From: a virus
Direction: 5' to 3' (one strand)
DNA: 64,000 nt
IMG/VR virus record: IMGVR_UViG_3300037657_000053
Location: 25,024 to 89,023 of that record
This document shows positions 47,751 to 57,290 of this stretch, piece by piece; the first letter of the stretch is position 1, and every line of letters begins with the position of its first letter. A model generated the notes under the pieces. That model had not been told where the DNA came from. It was given only the letters and a program-made list of their open reading frames with translations, and ran no database searches. Made by a program: the position numbers and the translations under genes.

Positions 47751-48466
47751 TCAGTCGGAAGCGTTCGACGCCCGAGAACGAGGTGAAGCTTTGCGAAGAG
47801 CTCATTCTCGTTGCTTGTATGGAAGGGTTCCGCGTCTTTCCCGAGGTGAACGGATGGGATCTGATTATCGTCGATGACACGGGGGTTCAGCTTGGGATTC
47901 AGGCGAAGATGAGGCCGAACCTCGAGGTGCTCGCGCAAGCTGTGAGGCGGCGATACGAGGGGCCTAGGTATAGGGCTGTTCTCGTTCCGAGGAGTTCGCG
48001 AGCTTTTCGAGATGTCGCATACGAACTTGGGGTGTCGGTCTTCACACTCCAAATGATCCGTGCCCATGCTCGACGTTGGAATCGGATCAAGTTTCCAAAA
48101 TGCTCTGATCGTTTGTTCGTCTTTGAGAATATGAAGGAATGGTCCGACAAAACTCTGTGGTTGCCGCCTGTTCCGGGCGCGTGCCCGGCCGGGTCGCCCG
48201 CCCCCCGGCCCCTAACGCAATGGCGTGTCAAAGCGATCGAGCTTTGTTTTCTTCTTGAAGAGAGGGGCTTCCTCTCGGGTGAAGACTTCAAGGCGGCCGG
48301 GATAAACGCGGCGGGGTGGGTTGTGCGCGGTGAGTTGGTAAGAGACGGGAAGGTTGGTCGCTTCGGGCGCTACGTCGCAGGGCCCCGTCCCTTGCCTATC
48401 GTCGGTTTTGAGGCGGAAGCGATGAGAATTCGAGATCTCAAACATGATCACTCGAAAACGAGTTAG
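47747..48466 (+). CDS. Hypothetical protein, possible PD-(D/E)xK-like fold
   Basis: FPEVNGWDLIIV...GIQAKM. Confidence 0.45.
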   Translation: MISRKRSTPENEVKLCEELILVACMEGFRVFPEVNGWDLIIVDDTGVQLGIQAKMRPNLEVLAQAVRRRYEGPRYRAVLVPRSSRAFRDVAYELGVSVFTLQMIRAHARRWNRIKFPKCSDRLFVFENMKEWSDKTLWLPPVPGACPAGSPAPRPLTQWRVKAIELCFLLEERGFLSGEDFKAAGINAAGWVVRGELVRDGKVGRFGRYVAGPRPLPIVGFEAEAMRIRDLKHDHSKTS

Positions 48467-50138
48467 ACCTAGAAGAGCTTCCGTTCTCGAGGATCTCTTC
48501 AATGGGGCCGTCGAGACTTCGGAAGAAGAGCTCGAGCGTCAACGTCGACTTAACCGTCGAACGACTGCGCACGAGGTGAAGAGAGTCAGACGGGCTCGTG
48601 CTCAGATTTGTCGGGAAGACGTGAACGAGTTTTGTATCTTCATCGGGAAGGACGCGGAAACCGGCCTTCCGATCGTGCAAGAGCCGATACATGAAGAGTT
48701 TCAATTTCTCGCCGATGCTCATAAACGTCTAATCGTTATGGCATTTCCCGAGTCGGGAAAGAGTAGTCAACTCTCTGTGTTCCGTCCGTTGTGGCTTCTT
48801 GGGAACAATCCTGAGTTGCGGATAGCCGTCGTCTCGAAGACTGATAAGAACGCGACGAAAAATACGCGACTAATGAAGGAATACATCGAGAAGTCAGAAG
48901 AGATCGCCGAAGTCTTCCCCGATCTGCTACCGGGCGACAAGTGGGAAGAGGGGTTCTTTACGGTTCGGCGCCCCCGCTTCTCGAAAGATCCTTCGGTTCA
49001 AGCTCTCGGGTTGAACGGCTCGCCGACCGGCTCTCGTATCGACGTTCTCATTCTCGATGATGTGTTGGATCTCGAGAACACGTTGAGCCCGGCCGAGCGG
49101 AAGAAGACGATCCGCAGAATCCGGGGTGCCTTCATCGATCGTCTCTCGAAGAACGGGGTGATCATCTTCCTAACGAACGCATGGCATCCCGAAGACGCGG
49201 CTCATGTGTTCGAGAAGGAGGGGCAGCGTAAGGGCAAGGCGGGAGGGTGGCACCTTGCTCGGTTCCCCGTGATTGATAAGGATGGTAATTTCGCATGGCC
49301 CGAGAAGTGGGATGATGAAAGGATCGAAGACGCTCGGGATATCATGGGCCCGATCGAATTCGCCCGAGCGTTCTTGTGTCGAGCGAGAGATGAAGGGGAG
49401 TCGCCTTTCGATAAGGACGCTCTCGAAGCGGCCGTCAATCGAGCCGATGAGTTTCAAGTTGATCTCACCTATGCCGTCCGAACCGAAGATTTTCCGGGTT
49501 ACGGGATTTATCATGGCGTCGATCTCGCAGTCACGAAGAACGCGGGAAGTCACCTCACCTCGATCACATCGGTACTTCTCGACTTGTCGAGTGGAACCCG
49601 TCAACATCTGTGGACCGAATCAGGCCGATGGTCTTCGCGTGAGATTGCCGATCGGATCATCGATCACGAGCGTCGTTATGGTGGGGTCTTCATCGTTGAG
49701 AACAATGCGGCACAGCGATGGATCATTGATATTGTTTACAATCGGGTCTCAACCCTTCCCGAAGCCGAGCGAGTCTATCCGACGATCATCCCGTTCACGA
49801 CAGGCAAACAGAAGGCGCACCCTCAATTCGGGGTGGAAGGTCTCGCTGTAGAGATCGCTCGCACGGACGGTCCGGTTTGGATCTTTCCTGACTCGGGTCC
49901 GGATGAAGCGGTGAGAGAAGCGATCGAACTCCGTGGTGAGATGCTCTATTACTCTCGAGGAGCGCACACGGGAGATCGACTCATGGGTCTCTGGTTCGCG
50001 CGTGAGGGTTGTCGTAGGGGGGCTCTCGCCGGCCGGCCCGAGAGAGAAGGAACAGGCGAGCACAATCAGGCGGGCGGCTCGCTTGGATCGAAGGCTCGAG
50101 TTACGGTGATCGGAGCGGAAGAGGAAGACGACGAGTGA
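48444..50138 (+). CDS. Terminase large subunit
   Basis: FPESGKS Walker A, TGSRIDVLILDD Walker B, WHPED, WPEKW, GVDLA, VENNAAQ, HTGDRLM. Confidence 0.9.
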   Translation: MITRKRVRPRRASVLEDLFNGAVETSEEELERQRRLNRRTTAHEVKRVRRARAQICREDVNEFCIFIGKDAETGLPIVQEPIHEEFQFLADAHKRLIVMAFPESGKSSQLSVFRPLWLLGNNPELRIAVVSKTDKNATKNTRLMKEYIEKSEEIAEVFPDLLPGDKWEEGFFTVRRPRFSKDPSVQALGLNGSPTGSRIDVLILDDVLDLENTLSPAERKKTIRRIRGAFIDRLSKNGVIIFLTNAWHPEDAAHVFEKEGQRKGKAGGWHLARFPVIDKDGNFAWPEKWDDERIEDARDIMGPIEFARAFLCRARDEGESPFDKDALEAAVNRADEFQVDLTYAVRTEDFPGYGIYHGVDLAVTKNAGSHLTSITSVLLDLSSGTRQHLWTESGRWSSREIADRIIDHERRYGGVFIVENNAAQRWIIDIVYNRVSTLPEAERVYPTIIPFTTGKQKAHPQFGVEGLAVEIARTDGPVWIFPDSGPDEAVREAIELRGEMLYYSRGAHTGDRLMGLWFAREGCRRGALAGRPEREGTGEHNQAGGSLGSKARVTVIGAEEEDDE

Positions 50139-50452
50139 AGACTCGGAGGAAGGTTCGCCCGGTCGAATGTGAGGGGTTCCTCTTCACCGTTCTCGAGGGC
50201 GAGATCAAGCGAGAGGTTCAACTCATGGGATCGGGTGGCTTGCTCGGGGCGGGCTCGCTCGCCACGATTCGGGGCAACCGGTTCACGATCGAGCGGGCGA
50301 CCGAAAGGGTTCTCAGCCGAGCTCGAGAATGGTTCGAGCTCGAGGGGCGGTTGAGAGAGTGGTTGGGCGATGGTTACGATCCATCCGACCGAATCCGCGA
50401 ATTCGTTCCCGACGAGATCCTCTCGGTCCGACCGCTTCTCTTCGATTTGTAA
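50135..50452 (+). CDS. Hypothetical protein
   Basis: GTGA overlap with TerL stop; its TAA lies in a palindrome. Confidence 0.55.
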   Translation: MKTRRKVRPVECEGFLFTVLEGEIKREVQLMGSGGLLGAGSLATIRGNRFTIERATERVLSRAREWFELEGRLREWLGDGYDPSDRIREFVPDEILSVRPLLFDL

Positions 50453-50483
50453 ACCCGGGTTTACAAGCCCGACCGAGCCCCCC

Positions 50484-50548
50484 GCCCCTGAGCCCCTGAG
50501 CCCCCTGAGCCCCTGAGAGCCCCTGAGAGCCCCTGAGAGCCCCTCGAG
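50484..50548 (+). repeat. Imperfect tandem array of GCCCCTGA(GA) units
   Basis: Read directly; about 7 units in non-coding DNA. Confidence 0.85.
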
Positions 50549-50651
50549 ACTGTGACGCTCCCCTTACCTGTCCGTCGTGCTTCCCGAGCTTACAGGGGCC
50601 TTCTCGTCGAAATGCGGTACATTTCCATCTTGCCCGTCCGATAATCGGTGC

Positions 50652-51161
50652 ATGGGCGAGAAGAGTGAGAAGCGACATGCGATCTTCGGCGTTGATCCGG
50701 CGAGTGGGCCCGGCTCGTTCGTTCGAGCGACCTTCACCGGGGCGGGCGAGCTCGTTCACCTCGAGACTTGGCCTGAGCGGTGGGATGAAGAGCAGGCGAG
50801 AACTCTTCTCGAGAGGTTCAGAGAGATCGATTTCTCTCAAACCTTCATCGGGGTTCCCCCCGGTTCGTTCGGTGATCCGAGGGTGAGAGATCCTGATTGC
50901 CCTTGTGACTCATATCGGCCCGGCAAGCCGAGCGGTGATTGTTACGCCGACGGGCACTATCTTTGCCGAGAGTGTGAAGAATGCGACCCTCTTCGCTTCG
51001 AGGTAGAGGAAGATCCCAATAACCCGGTCGTCCGAGCTCGACGTTTCCTCGAGATCGACCGGCGAGCCCCTCTCGAGACCCCTCGAACCGACGAGCCTGA
51101 TACCGCTTGGTCCGAGAACCCCGACGCCGATCCTGTTTTTCTCTCGAGGATCGGTGAGTAG
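50652..51161 (+). CDS. Cys-rich hypothetical protein
   Basis: CPCDSY...CYADGHYLCRECEEC; ATG 6 nt after GATAAT. Confidence 0.55.
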   Translation: MGEKSEKRHAIFGVDPASGPGSFVRATFTGAGELVHLETWPERWDEEQARTLLERFREIDFSQTFIGVPPGSFGDPRVRDPDCPCDSYRPGKPSGDCYADGHYLCRECEECDPLRFEVEEDPNNPVVRARRFLEIDRRAPLETPRTDEPDTAWSENPDADPVFLSRIGE

Positions 51162-51163
51162 AG

Positions 51164-51490
51164 ATGAGAATTTGGTTTCCCATTCCGCCTTTGTGTTTAG
51201 ATCGTCAACGGCTTCTCGGCGAACATCGGGAATTGCATGCGATCTGGTCTATCCTTTGTCAGAATCGCGCGGGATATCGGAATCATCCCGAGGTGAAGCG
51301 TTGGATTGATCGTCTCGATCGTCTTTATGAAAGGCATGAACATTTGGTTTCAGAGATGACGAGACGGGGATACTACCATAAATCATTATTGATTCCGATA
51401 GGATATACGAGTGAGTGGCCGAATACTTGGGAGACGATCGAGATGATGCGATTGAAATTGGCGGAAAAACAAGGGGTTGAGCCGAAGTAA
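51164..51490 (+). CDS. Pyrimidine-dimer DNA glycosylase / endonuclease V family protein
   Basis: LDRQRLLGEHRELHAI...YRNHPEVKRW...EMTRRGYYH. Confidence 0.75.
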   Translation: MRIWFPIPPLCLDRQRLLGEHRELHAIWSILCQNRAGYRNHPEVKRWIDRLDRLYERHEHLVSEMTRRGYYHKSLLIPIGYTSEWPNTWETIEMMRLKLAEKQGVEPK

Positions 51491-51544
51491 ACCCGGGTTT
51501 CCAAGGGGGGCGAAAAAAAAGATCGCCCCCCTCGATCTTTTTTC

Positions 51545-51610
51545 TTGACCGAGCCCCCTTCGATAGTGCATAACAGAATCAATGGGGCGACGGAGCCCGA
51601 AAGGAAGGGA
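51545..51610 (+). promoter_or_regulatory. Early promoter cassette, copy 1
   Basis: TTGACC-18-CATAAC, GGGC-GACGGA-GCCC hairpin, purine-rich RBS. Confidence 0.8.
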
Positions 51611-51616
51611 GACGAC

Positions 51617-51862
51617 GTGGACAGGAATTATCGGATCGAGAACAAGGGAACGAGCATCACGGGCAATCGGATTTATCGCATGTACCCGAGCGATGCTCAC
51701 CCGACGCTTCGTTCTCACCTTGATATCGGAGACGTGATCCGTCGGACGGCGGGATGTTGGCAGGCGCGGCCGGCCGTACGGGGCGAGGAATGCCCCGAAT
51801 TCACGTTCCGTCATTTCACGACGCGACGCGAAGCGGTCGAGTATCTGATCTCTCGGGTTTAG
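51617..51862 (+). CDS. Small early protein
   Basis: GTG directly after cassette RBS. Confidence 0.6.
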   Translation: MDRNYRIENKGTSITGNRIYRMYPSDAHPTLRSHLDIGDVIRRTAGCWQARPAVRGEECPEFTFRHFTTRREAVEYLISRV

Positions 51863-51924
51863 TTTTTCGGGTTTGGGGGCCCGGAGAACCGGCTTGTGTG
51901 ACGTTCGACACGAAAGATAAAAAC

Positions 51925-52653
51925 ATGACTGAGATAGCGGCAAGATATCTCTCGGCAACGCCTCCATTGGAGGGTATCGAGATGGTTGGTGTGGGTGTCA
52001 GATTGACGGCGACGTCTATCTGTTCGAGGTATGCGCTCTTTGGCGTGCCGGCTAGCCGGTTCGATGTTCTTATTGAGGAAGGGCAACCTTCTTTCGGATG
52101 GGCGGTTGAGGTGGTAAGTAAGTCTGGTCGCTATGACGGTCGGACGCGCGATCGATTGACGTTCTGCCATCGGCGAGGTGGGATGCTTCTACATTCGGAA
52201 TCGGGCGTTTGCGCTTGCAGTATCGTTCGCCGTCGTCAAACAACGGTCTCGCTCGTATCCGAATTCGGCCCGGTGTGGTCGGCGACTTACGACACGTTGC
52301 GGTGGCAACTCGATCCGGCCGGGGGGTTGATTCGGATTGTCGGTTGGCATCTTACCAGATATTTCAAGATGCTCGTTGTCGATCATTCCGCGACAGATCT
52401 GGCAGGCGAGATCGAGGCGATGAATCCGAATTGGCGCGCGATGACTCTATCTCAAGTCAATCGGTTGGTCTCTCGGCATTTGTATCGTTTGGCGCGCGAT
52501 ATGGGGTGGAGAAAGCTCACATTGCGCGAGAGGCTTCGACTCGGGCTTGATGAGGCGTCGCCGCAATGGCAACGTGAGAGCGATCTTGGTGTGTTGTATA
52601 GACGCACCGGGTGCGGCGACTTCACGCACCGGTCGGCTCGGGGTGAATCATGA
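51925..52653 (+). CDS. Hypothetical protein
   Basis: Long ORF whose stop overlaps the clamp start; start uncertain. Confidence 0.5.
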   Translation: MTEIAARYLSATPPLEGIEMVGVGVRLTATSICSRYALFGVPASRFDVLIEEGQPSFGWAVEVVSKSGRYDGRTRDRLTFCHRRGGMLLHSESGVCACSIVRRRQTTVSLVSEFGPVWSATYDTLRWQLDPAGGLIRIVGWHLTRYFKMLVVDHSATDLAGEIEAMNPNWRAMTLSQVNRLVSRHLYRLARDMGWRKLTLRERLRLGLDEASPQWQRESDLGVLYRRTGCGDFTHRSARGES

Positions 52654-53939
52654 AACGCATGCGGGCAAAGACACGGATCGCGACCCTCTCGGATTTGTCG
52701 CGACCGATCGTCATTCTCTCGAGGATCGCGAATGCTCGAACCAACGACGAGCGAATCACTGTCTCGAGTCGGGGCAGTGAGCTCGTTCTTTCGGCTTCGA
52801 TCGGGAGGGAATCTTATCGGTTCGATCAAACCGGACCGGTAGCCGGGAAGGTTTGGTTTGAATACCGGGCCGATGCCGAGGGGGCGATCTCTCAAGAGCT
52901 CGGGATCGAGCCCCGTCTCTTCAAGGTCGCGGCCGGTTCGGCAAAGGGGCTCACTCTCGAGGTGAGGAACGAGCCAACCGGCGAGGGGTCGCAAGTTCGG
53001 ATCAAGACGACCCTCGAGATCACCGACGTCGATGGAGTGACGACAGAATGCCTCGCCTTGGGCTCAGATGGGGTCGAGAAGGCCCGAAGCTTCGCAGGGA
53101 ATCCTTGGGGCCGGGCGACAGTGGGCGAGCTCGTGGGGCCTTTCTCGTGGGCATGTCGGGCAATCTCGGATGACGACGGCCGGCCGCACCTTGCCGCTCT
53201 CGCTCTTATCGGCTCGCGAGTGATCGCGACCGATGGGCATAGGCTACACGTCGGGCCGCTCCCTTCGGGCCTTCATGTCGAAATCGAGTCGTTGATTCCT
53301 TCGATCGTTGCCCGAGCTCTTCTCGAGATCTTCAAGTCGAGTTCGCCGTGGGATGAAGTCGTGATCGAGGGGAACGGTGAGGGTCTCATGATCGATGTCG
53401 GGTCTCATTGGTCGATGGCGGTTCGCTTTCCGACTTTGAGCGACAACGGAACCGAAAGGGTCGTTCGCTTCCCATCCTATACCAAGGTGATTCCGAATCC
53501 GTGGGATCGGCCGGGGGGCATGGTAGTGGAGTGTGACTCGGGGCGGCTCTTGAAGGCGATGAAAAAGTCTCAAGGTGTTTTGAAGGGTAACTTCGTGAAC
53601 GGTGTGGTTATCCGTCCCGAGCCGAATCAGGTGAGGATCACGGCCGAGAACACCGACAATAATATTCGGGTCGAGATGAAGGTTCCGGCCGAGACCAGGC
53701 TCGGAAACCCGGGTTTCCTCTACTATGCGAACGTTGACTATGTGATCGACGCCTTGCTCGATTCGGGCGACGTTGAGATCTATATCGGGCCCGAAGCGTT
53801 CGAGGGAACCTATAAGACGGCCGGGGCGAACGCTTGGGTCGACGAAGAAGATAGGAAGGGGCTCGGGTATACCACCGACCCAACCGTCTTTTCTCACGGT
53901 GAGGATACCTTCGCCGTCGTTATGCCGATGAGACTTTGA
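52650..53939 (+). CDS. dnaN: DNA polymerase sliding clamp (beta subunit-like)
   Basis: ISDDDGRPHL...IATDGHRL, FPSYTKVIP, NVDYVIDAL, VVMPMRL C-terminus. Confidence 0.85.
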   Translation: MKRMRAKTRIATLSDLSRPIVILSRIANARTNDERITVSSRGSELVLSASIGRESYRFDQTGPVAGKVWFEYRADAEGAISQELGIEPRLFKVAAGSAKGLTLEVRNEPTGEGSQVRIKTTLEITDVDGVTTECLALGSDGVEKARSFAGNPWGRATVGELVGPFSWACRAISDDDGRPHLAALALIGSRVIATDGHRLHVGPLPSGLHVEIESLIPSIVARALLEIFKSSSPWDEVVIEGNGEGLMIDVGSHWSMAVRFPTLSDNGTERVVRFPSYTKVIPNPWDRPGGMVVECDSGRLLKAMKKSQGVLKGNFVNGVVIRPEPNQVRITAENTDNNIRVEMKVPAETRLGNPGFLYYANVDYVIDALLDSGDVEIYIGPEAFEGTYKTAGANAWVDEEDRKGLGYTTDPTVFSHGEDTFAVVMPMRL

Positions 53940-53976
53940 ATCGTTGACCGATAATCGTCAGGAAAGGGGAAATGCG

Positions 53977-54399
53977 ATGAAGGCGGGAATGGCTCGCAGC
54001 AAGGGGCACTCGAAGAAGGAGATTCGACGTCTCTCGTGTAGCGACTATGAACGGATCAAGGTGGTTGCTCGTCGGCTCGACATGAGTCGGCCAGAGGTCG
54101 AGAAGTTTGTTTTGAACCGCTTCGGTTGTCGATTGACCGATCTCACTCCCGAGTTAGTGAATGCTGTGATTGTTCGACTCGATCGGATCTTCATCGAACG
54201 TCAAGCGGAACAGGCTGCCCGTCTCGCTCGAGAGGAAGCGGAACAGGCTGCCCGTCTCGCTCGAGAGGAAACCGAGAAGGCCGAGAGAGCCGAGATAGAG
54301 CGGGCGCTGATCAAGCGGATACGAGACGAGCGGAAGGAAAGAGTGAACCGGTCGAAGAAGGAAAAGAAGTATCGCCGACTCCGAAAGGAATTCAAGTAA
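53977..54399 (+). CDS. Basic coiled-coil protein
   Basis: After GACCGATAATC motif; 33-bp tandem duplication encoding AEQAARLAREE. Confidence 0.55.
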   Translation: MKAGMARSKGHSKKEIRRLSCSDYERIKVVARRLDMSRPEVEKFVLNRFGCRLTDLTPELVNAVIVRLDRIFIERQAEQAARLAREEAEQAARLAREETEKAERAEIERALIKRIRDERKERVNRSKKEKKYRRLRKEFK

Positions 54400-54941
54400 T
54401 GATCCTCACCGATCACGAGCTCAGAAGATCTCTTCAGGAGGGCGACTTTACGATCGAACCGTTCCCGCCCGATGAGTGCATTCAACCCGCTTCGATAGAT
54501 CTTCACCTCGGAAGGTCGATCCTTGTCTATGTCGGAGGGAAGCTTCTTGAGATTGGCGGACCGGTTCGCCCGGGCGATCTGATCGAGGAAGAGATTCCCG
54601 CCAACGGCTACGCTCTCGAGCCAGGGGGCTTCCTTCTCGCGTCGACTCTTGAGAAGGTGCGTGTTGGAACCTCGCTCGTGATGAGAGTCGAGGGAAAGAG
54701 CTCGATTGGCCGGCTCGGTCTGCTCGTTCACGCGACGGCAGGCTTCATCGATCCCGGCTTTGTCGGACGGATCACTCTTGAGCTCTTCAATGCGAACGCG
54801 GTTCCGATCGTCCTTCGGCCGGGCGTTCGGATCTGTCAAGTGTGTCTCACTCCTCTCTTCGGAAATGTCGATCGTCCGTATGGTTCTCCCGGTCTCGGTT
54901 CTCACTATCAGGGTCAAGACGGTCCGACCGCTCCTCGTTGA
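54399..54941 (+). CDS. dcd: dCTP deaminase
   Basis: MILTD, IQPASIDLHLG, GKSSIGRLGL, AGFIDPGFVGRITLE, YQGQ. Confidence 0.95.
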   Translation: MILTDHELRRSLQEGDFTIEPFPPDECIQPASIDLHLGRSILVYVGGKLLEIGGPVRPGDLIEEEIPANGYALEPGGFLLASTLEKVRVGTSLVMRVEGKSSIGRLGLLVHATAGFIDPGFVGRITLELFNANAVPIVLRPGVRICQVCLTPLFGNVDRPYGSPGLGSHYQGQDGPTAPR

Positions 54942-54976
54942 AAACGTGAAGCCTCGTCCGATAATCGAGGAAAGGG

Positions 54977-55213
54977 GTGATTGTGGCGATCACAATGCAG
55001 AAGATCCAAGAGGTTGAAGCCGAGATCGAGCGGTTTCAAAAGATCGTTTTTCGTCTTCGAGAGCTTCGGTCGAAAGGCAGACTCTATTCTGAGTATCTTG
55101 ATGAAGATGGGCTTCCATATCTGAACGACTTCCCGGCCGAGACCGGCGCAATTCGTCGGGCGTCAATGGATCTAACCCGAGTTCTCGCAAGATTGCGAAG
55201 CTCGAAAGACTGA
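54977..55213 (+). CDS. Hypothetical protein
   Basis: After GTCCGATAATC motif; start uncertain. Confidence 0.5.
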   Translation: MIVAITMQKIQEVEAEIERFQKIVFRLRELRSKGRLYSEYLDEDGLPYLNDFPAETGAIRRASMDLTRVLARLRSSKD

Positions 55214-55227
55214 AAGGAACGGAAGAG

Positions 55228-56070
55228 ATGAACAAGCAAGGTTTGACAACCGAGCCCCCGAAAGGTCTCGCTCTTTATGTGCGAAAGATCGTGAAAAGTC
55301 GACACAAGAGCCCGGCGAAGTTTGCCAGGCTTTGTGCCGATCACGGGCTCAAGTGGATTGCTCTTGCAACCATTTGGCACGATCGGAAGGGTGGGAATCG
55401 GGAGCTCACGATCAATCCGGTCTCGGTCGTCAAGGAATACTCGCAAGCTCTCGCCGAAGCGGGCGTCAATCCCCATATCTGGGGTTATCCTTGGCACAAC
55501 CGGATCAAGCTCTTCGTCGAACAAACCGCCGCCTATCTCAACCCTTGGATCGTCGGGGTTCTACTTGATCCCGAGCTCGGGTTGAAGGATCATCTCGCCG
55601 AAGCTATCGCGCTCTTCAAGGCGATTCGAGCTCTCAACCCCTATCTTCTCGTCGGGCTCACGAGCTACGGTCTCCCGAGGGGACACCGGAACTTCCCCTT
55701 CAGCGCCTTCGCTGAAGCCGGCGAGCGGGGGAACGTCGACGTCGAGTGTGATTATGGCTCGCCGCAACTTTACGATCTGCCCGTCGGACGGATTCTCGAG
55801 GGGCTCGCTGACTATGACCGACTCGGCTTCGATCATATCGTTCCGAGCTTCGGGAATTATAAGAACGTTATGTGCGTTGACGGGAAGAAGCGAGCGATCT
55901 CGCTTCTTGCAGACGAACTCGATGCTCATCTCAATCACTTCGTCGAGAGCCCCGTTCCGATCCCCGGGGCGATCGGTTGGGCTGAGAACTTCATGAACTC
56001 CTCTCTATGGGATGTTCTCGCTCGTTGGTCGGAAGTCTTTGAACATGGCGGAACAATTCAAACTTCGTGA
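55228..56070 (+). CDS. Glycoside-hydrolase-like protein (possible endolysin)
   Basis: GLKWIAL...HIWGY...LLDPE...LTSYG...PQLY pattern suggests a TIM-barrel hydrolase. Confidence 0.45.
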   Translation: MNKQGLTTEPPKGLALYVRKIVKSRHKSPAKFARLCADHGLKWIALATIWHDRKGGNRELTINPVSVVKEYSQALAEAGVNPHIWGYPWHNRIKLFVEQTAAYLNPWIVGVLLDPELGLKDHLAEAIALFKAIRALNPYLLVGLTSYGLPRGHRNFPFSAFAEAGERGNVDVECDYGSPQLYDLPVGRILEGLADYDRLGFDHIVPSFGNYKNVMCVDGKKRAISLLADELDAHLNHFVESPVPIPGAIGWAENFMNSSLWDVLARWSEVFEHGGTIQTS

Positions 56071-56663
56071 TGAAACCACCATTCGGATCAACTAGAATTC
56101 GATCGGGTCTCTATCGAACGCCTTCGGGCGATTGGTTCGCGAGAGTCACGATTTCCGAAGGGGGTTACATGCTTCGAGACGTCGATCGGACTTTCCCGGG
56201 CGATTGGTCTCTCGAGGAAGTGATCGAGGCGAGAAGGATCATGAGAGACAATGCACGAGCCGAGCTCGATCGAGAGCCGGAATATGCCGAGATCCTCGAC
56301 TATAACGGGAAAGTGATTTGGGGAATGAAGCGCGATCGGATCGTCGAAGTGAAGGCACGGTCCCGTCGACCCTCGCTTGAATCCTTCCTCGAAGAGACGT
56401 CGACGGCTGAAGACACTCTTCGTGAGCTTTTCGAGGAAGCGACGGGCGAACTTGAGACTGCTCATCGAGAAGACGCGGAAGTTGAAGAGCTCGTTAGCAT
56501 CGCTCGTCGGCTCGTTGAAGAATTCGGGGTTGCTCTTGGCTATGTGAGGGCGGCCGGTGCGGTCGTTCACGCCGACATGGGGCACGATCTCATCGTGCGA
56601 GCTCGTGCCGCTCTCGAGCCTTTCGGTTCTTTGTCAATTGAATCCCCCAAAAAAAGTTCTTGA
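56067..56663 (+). CDS. Hypothetical protein
   Basis: Overlap with previous stop; 198 aa. Confidence 0.5.
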   Translation: MMKPPFGSTRIRSGLYRTPSGDWFARVTISEGGYMLRDVDRTFPGDWSLEEVIEARRIMRDNARAELDREPEYAEILDYNGKVIWGMKRDRIVEVKARSRRPSLESFLEETSTAEDTLRELFEEATGELETAHREDAEVEELVSIARRLVEEFGVALGYVRAAGAVVHADMGHDLIVRARAALEPFGSLSIESPKKSS

Positions 56664-56714
56664 TTCCGATCGATGGCTCGTGTATCACCGATATGAACAT
56701 TTCGGGGTGTAGGT

Positions 56715-57290
56715 TTGACGCGATCTCGCAGGTGTTCAGTTTGCGGCGAAGAAGGTCATGATCGCCGTTCGTGCTCGAAACCTATCCCTATCGACATTCC
56801 CGAGCGGAAACCATTCGATCCTTGGCTACATTTTGAATGGGAAGAGCATCACGAAGCGATGAAGCTTGTTCGTGATAATCCCGATGGGATGACTCTCGAA
56901 GAGATTGGGGAGATTCTCGGGGTGACTCGGGAGCGCGTTCGGCAGATCGAATTGGTCGCTCTCGAGAAGCTCCGACGGGGACGAGAAGCCGGGGCGGGCG
57001 ATTCCGTCGAGATGAAGGGGCGACTTGCGACATATGGGTTTGCGCTTGTGGAATGTGAATCGTGCGCCGGCTTTTTTTTACGAGACGGTGCGACAACGCT
57101 TTGCCCCGATTGCGAACCCGATCCGATCCCTCCTGACATGCCTTGCATATCGTTCGGTGGGATTATTGCTAGGAGGGTTGTTAGTTCTCGCGATGCCGAT
57201 TCGACCGGCCGATTCAAAGCTGTCGAGATAGCCCGCGAAGCGGTTCTCGGGGGTTTCTTCGATTGCTTTGAAGATAGCGATGATGAATGA
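56715..57290 (+). CDS. Zinc knuckle + sigma70 region 4 + zinc finger protein
   Basis: CSVCGEEGHDRRSC; MTLEEIGEILGVTRERVRQIELVALEKLR; CESC...CPDC. Confidence 0.8.
   Translation: MTRSRRCSVCGEEGHDRRSCSKPIPIDIPERKPFDPWLHFEWEEHHEAMKLVRDNPDGMTLEEIGEILGVTRERVRQIELVALEKLRRGREAGAGDSVEMKGRLATYGFALVECESCAGFFLRDGATTLCPDCEPDPIPPDMPCISFGGIIARRVVSSRDADSTGRFKAVEIAREAVLGGFFDCFEDSDDE

Noticed and set aside
22452-50138. Inteins or introns in DnaB, PolB, RecA or TerL
   Set aside because: Catalytic motifs are normally spaced and no intein-type junctions or interruptions are visible
54203-54270. 33-bp tandem duplication as a regulatory repeat
   Set aside because: Simple in-frame duplication within a coiled coil (AEQAARLAREE x2)
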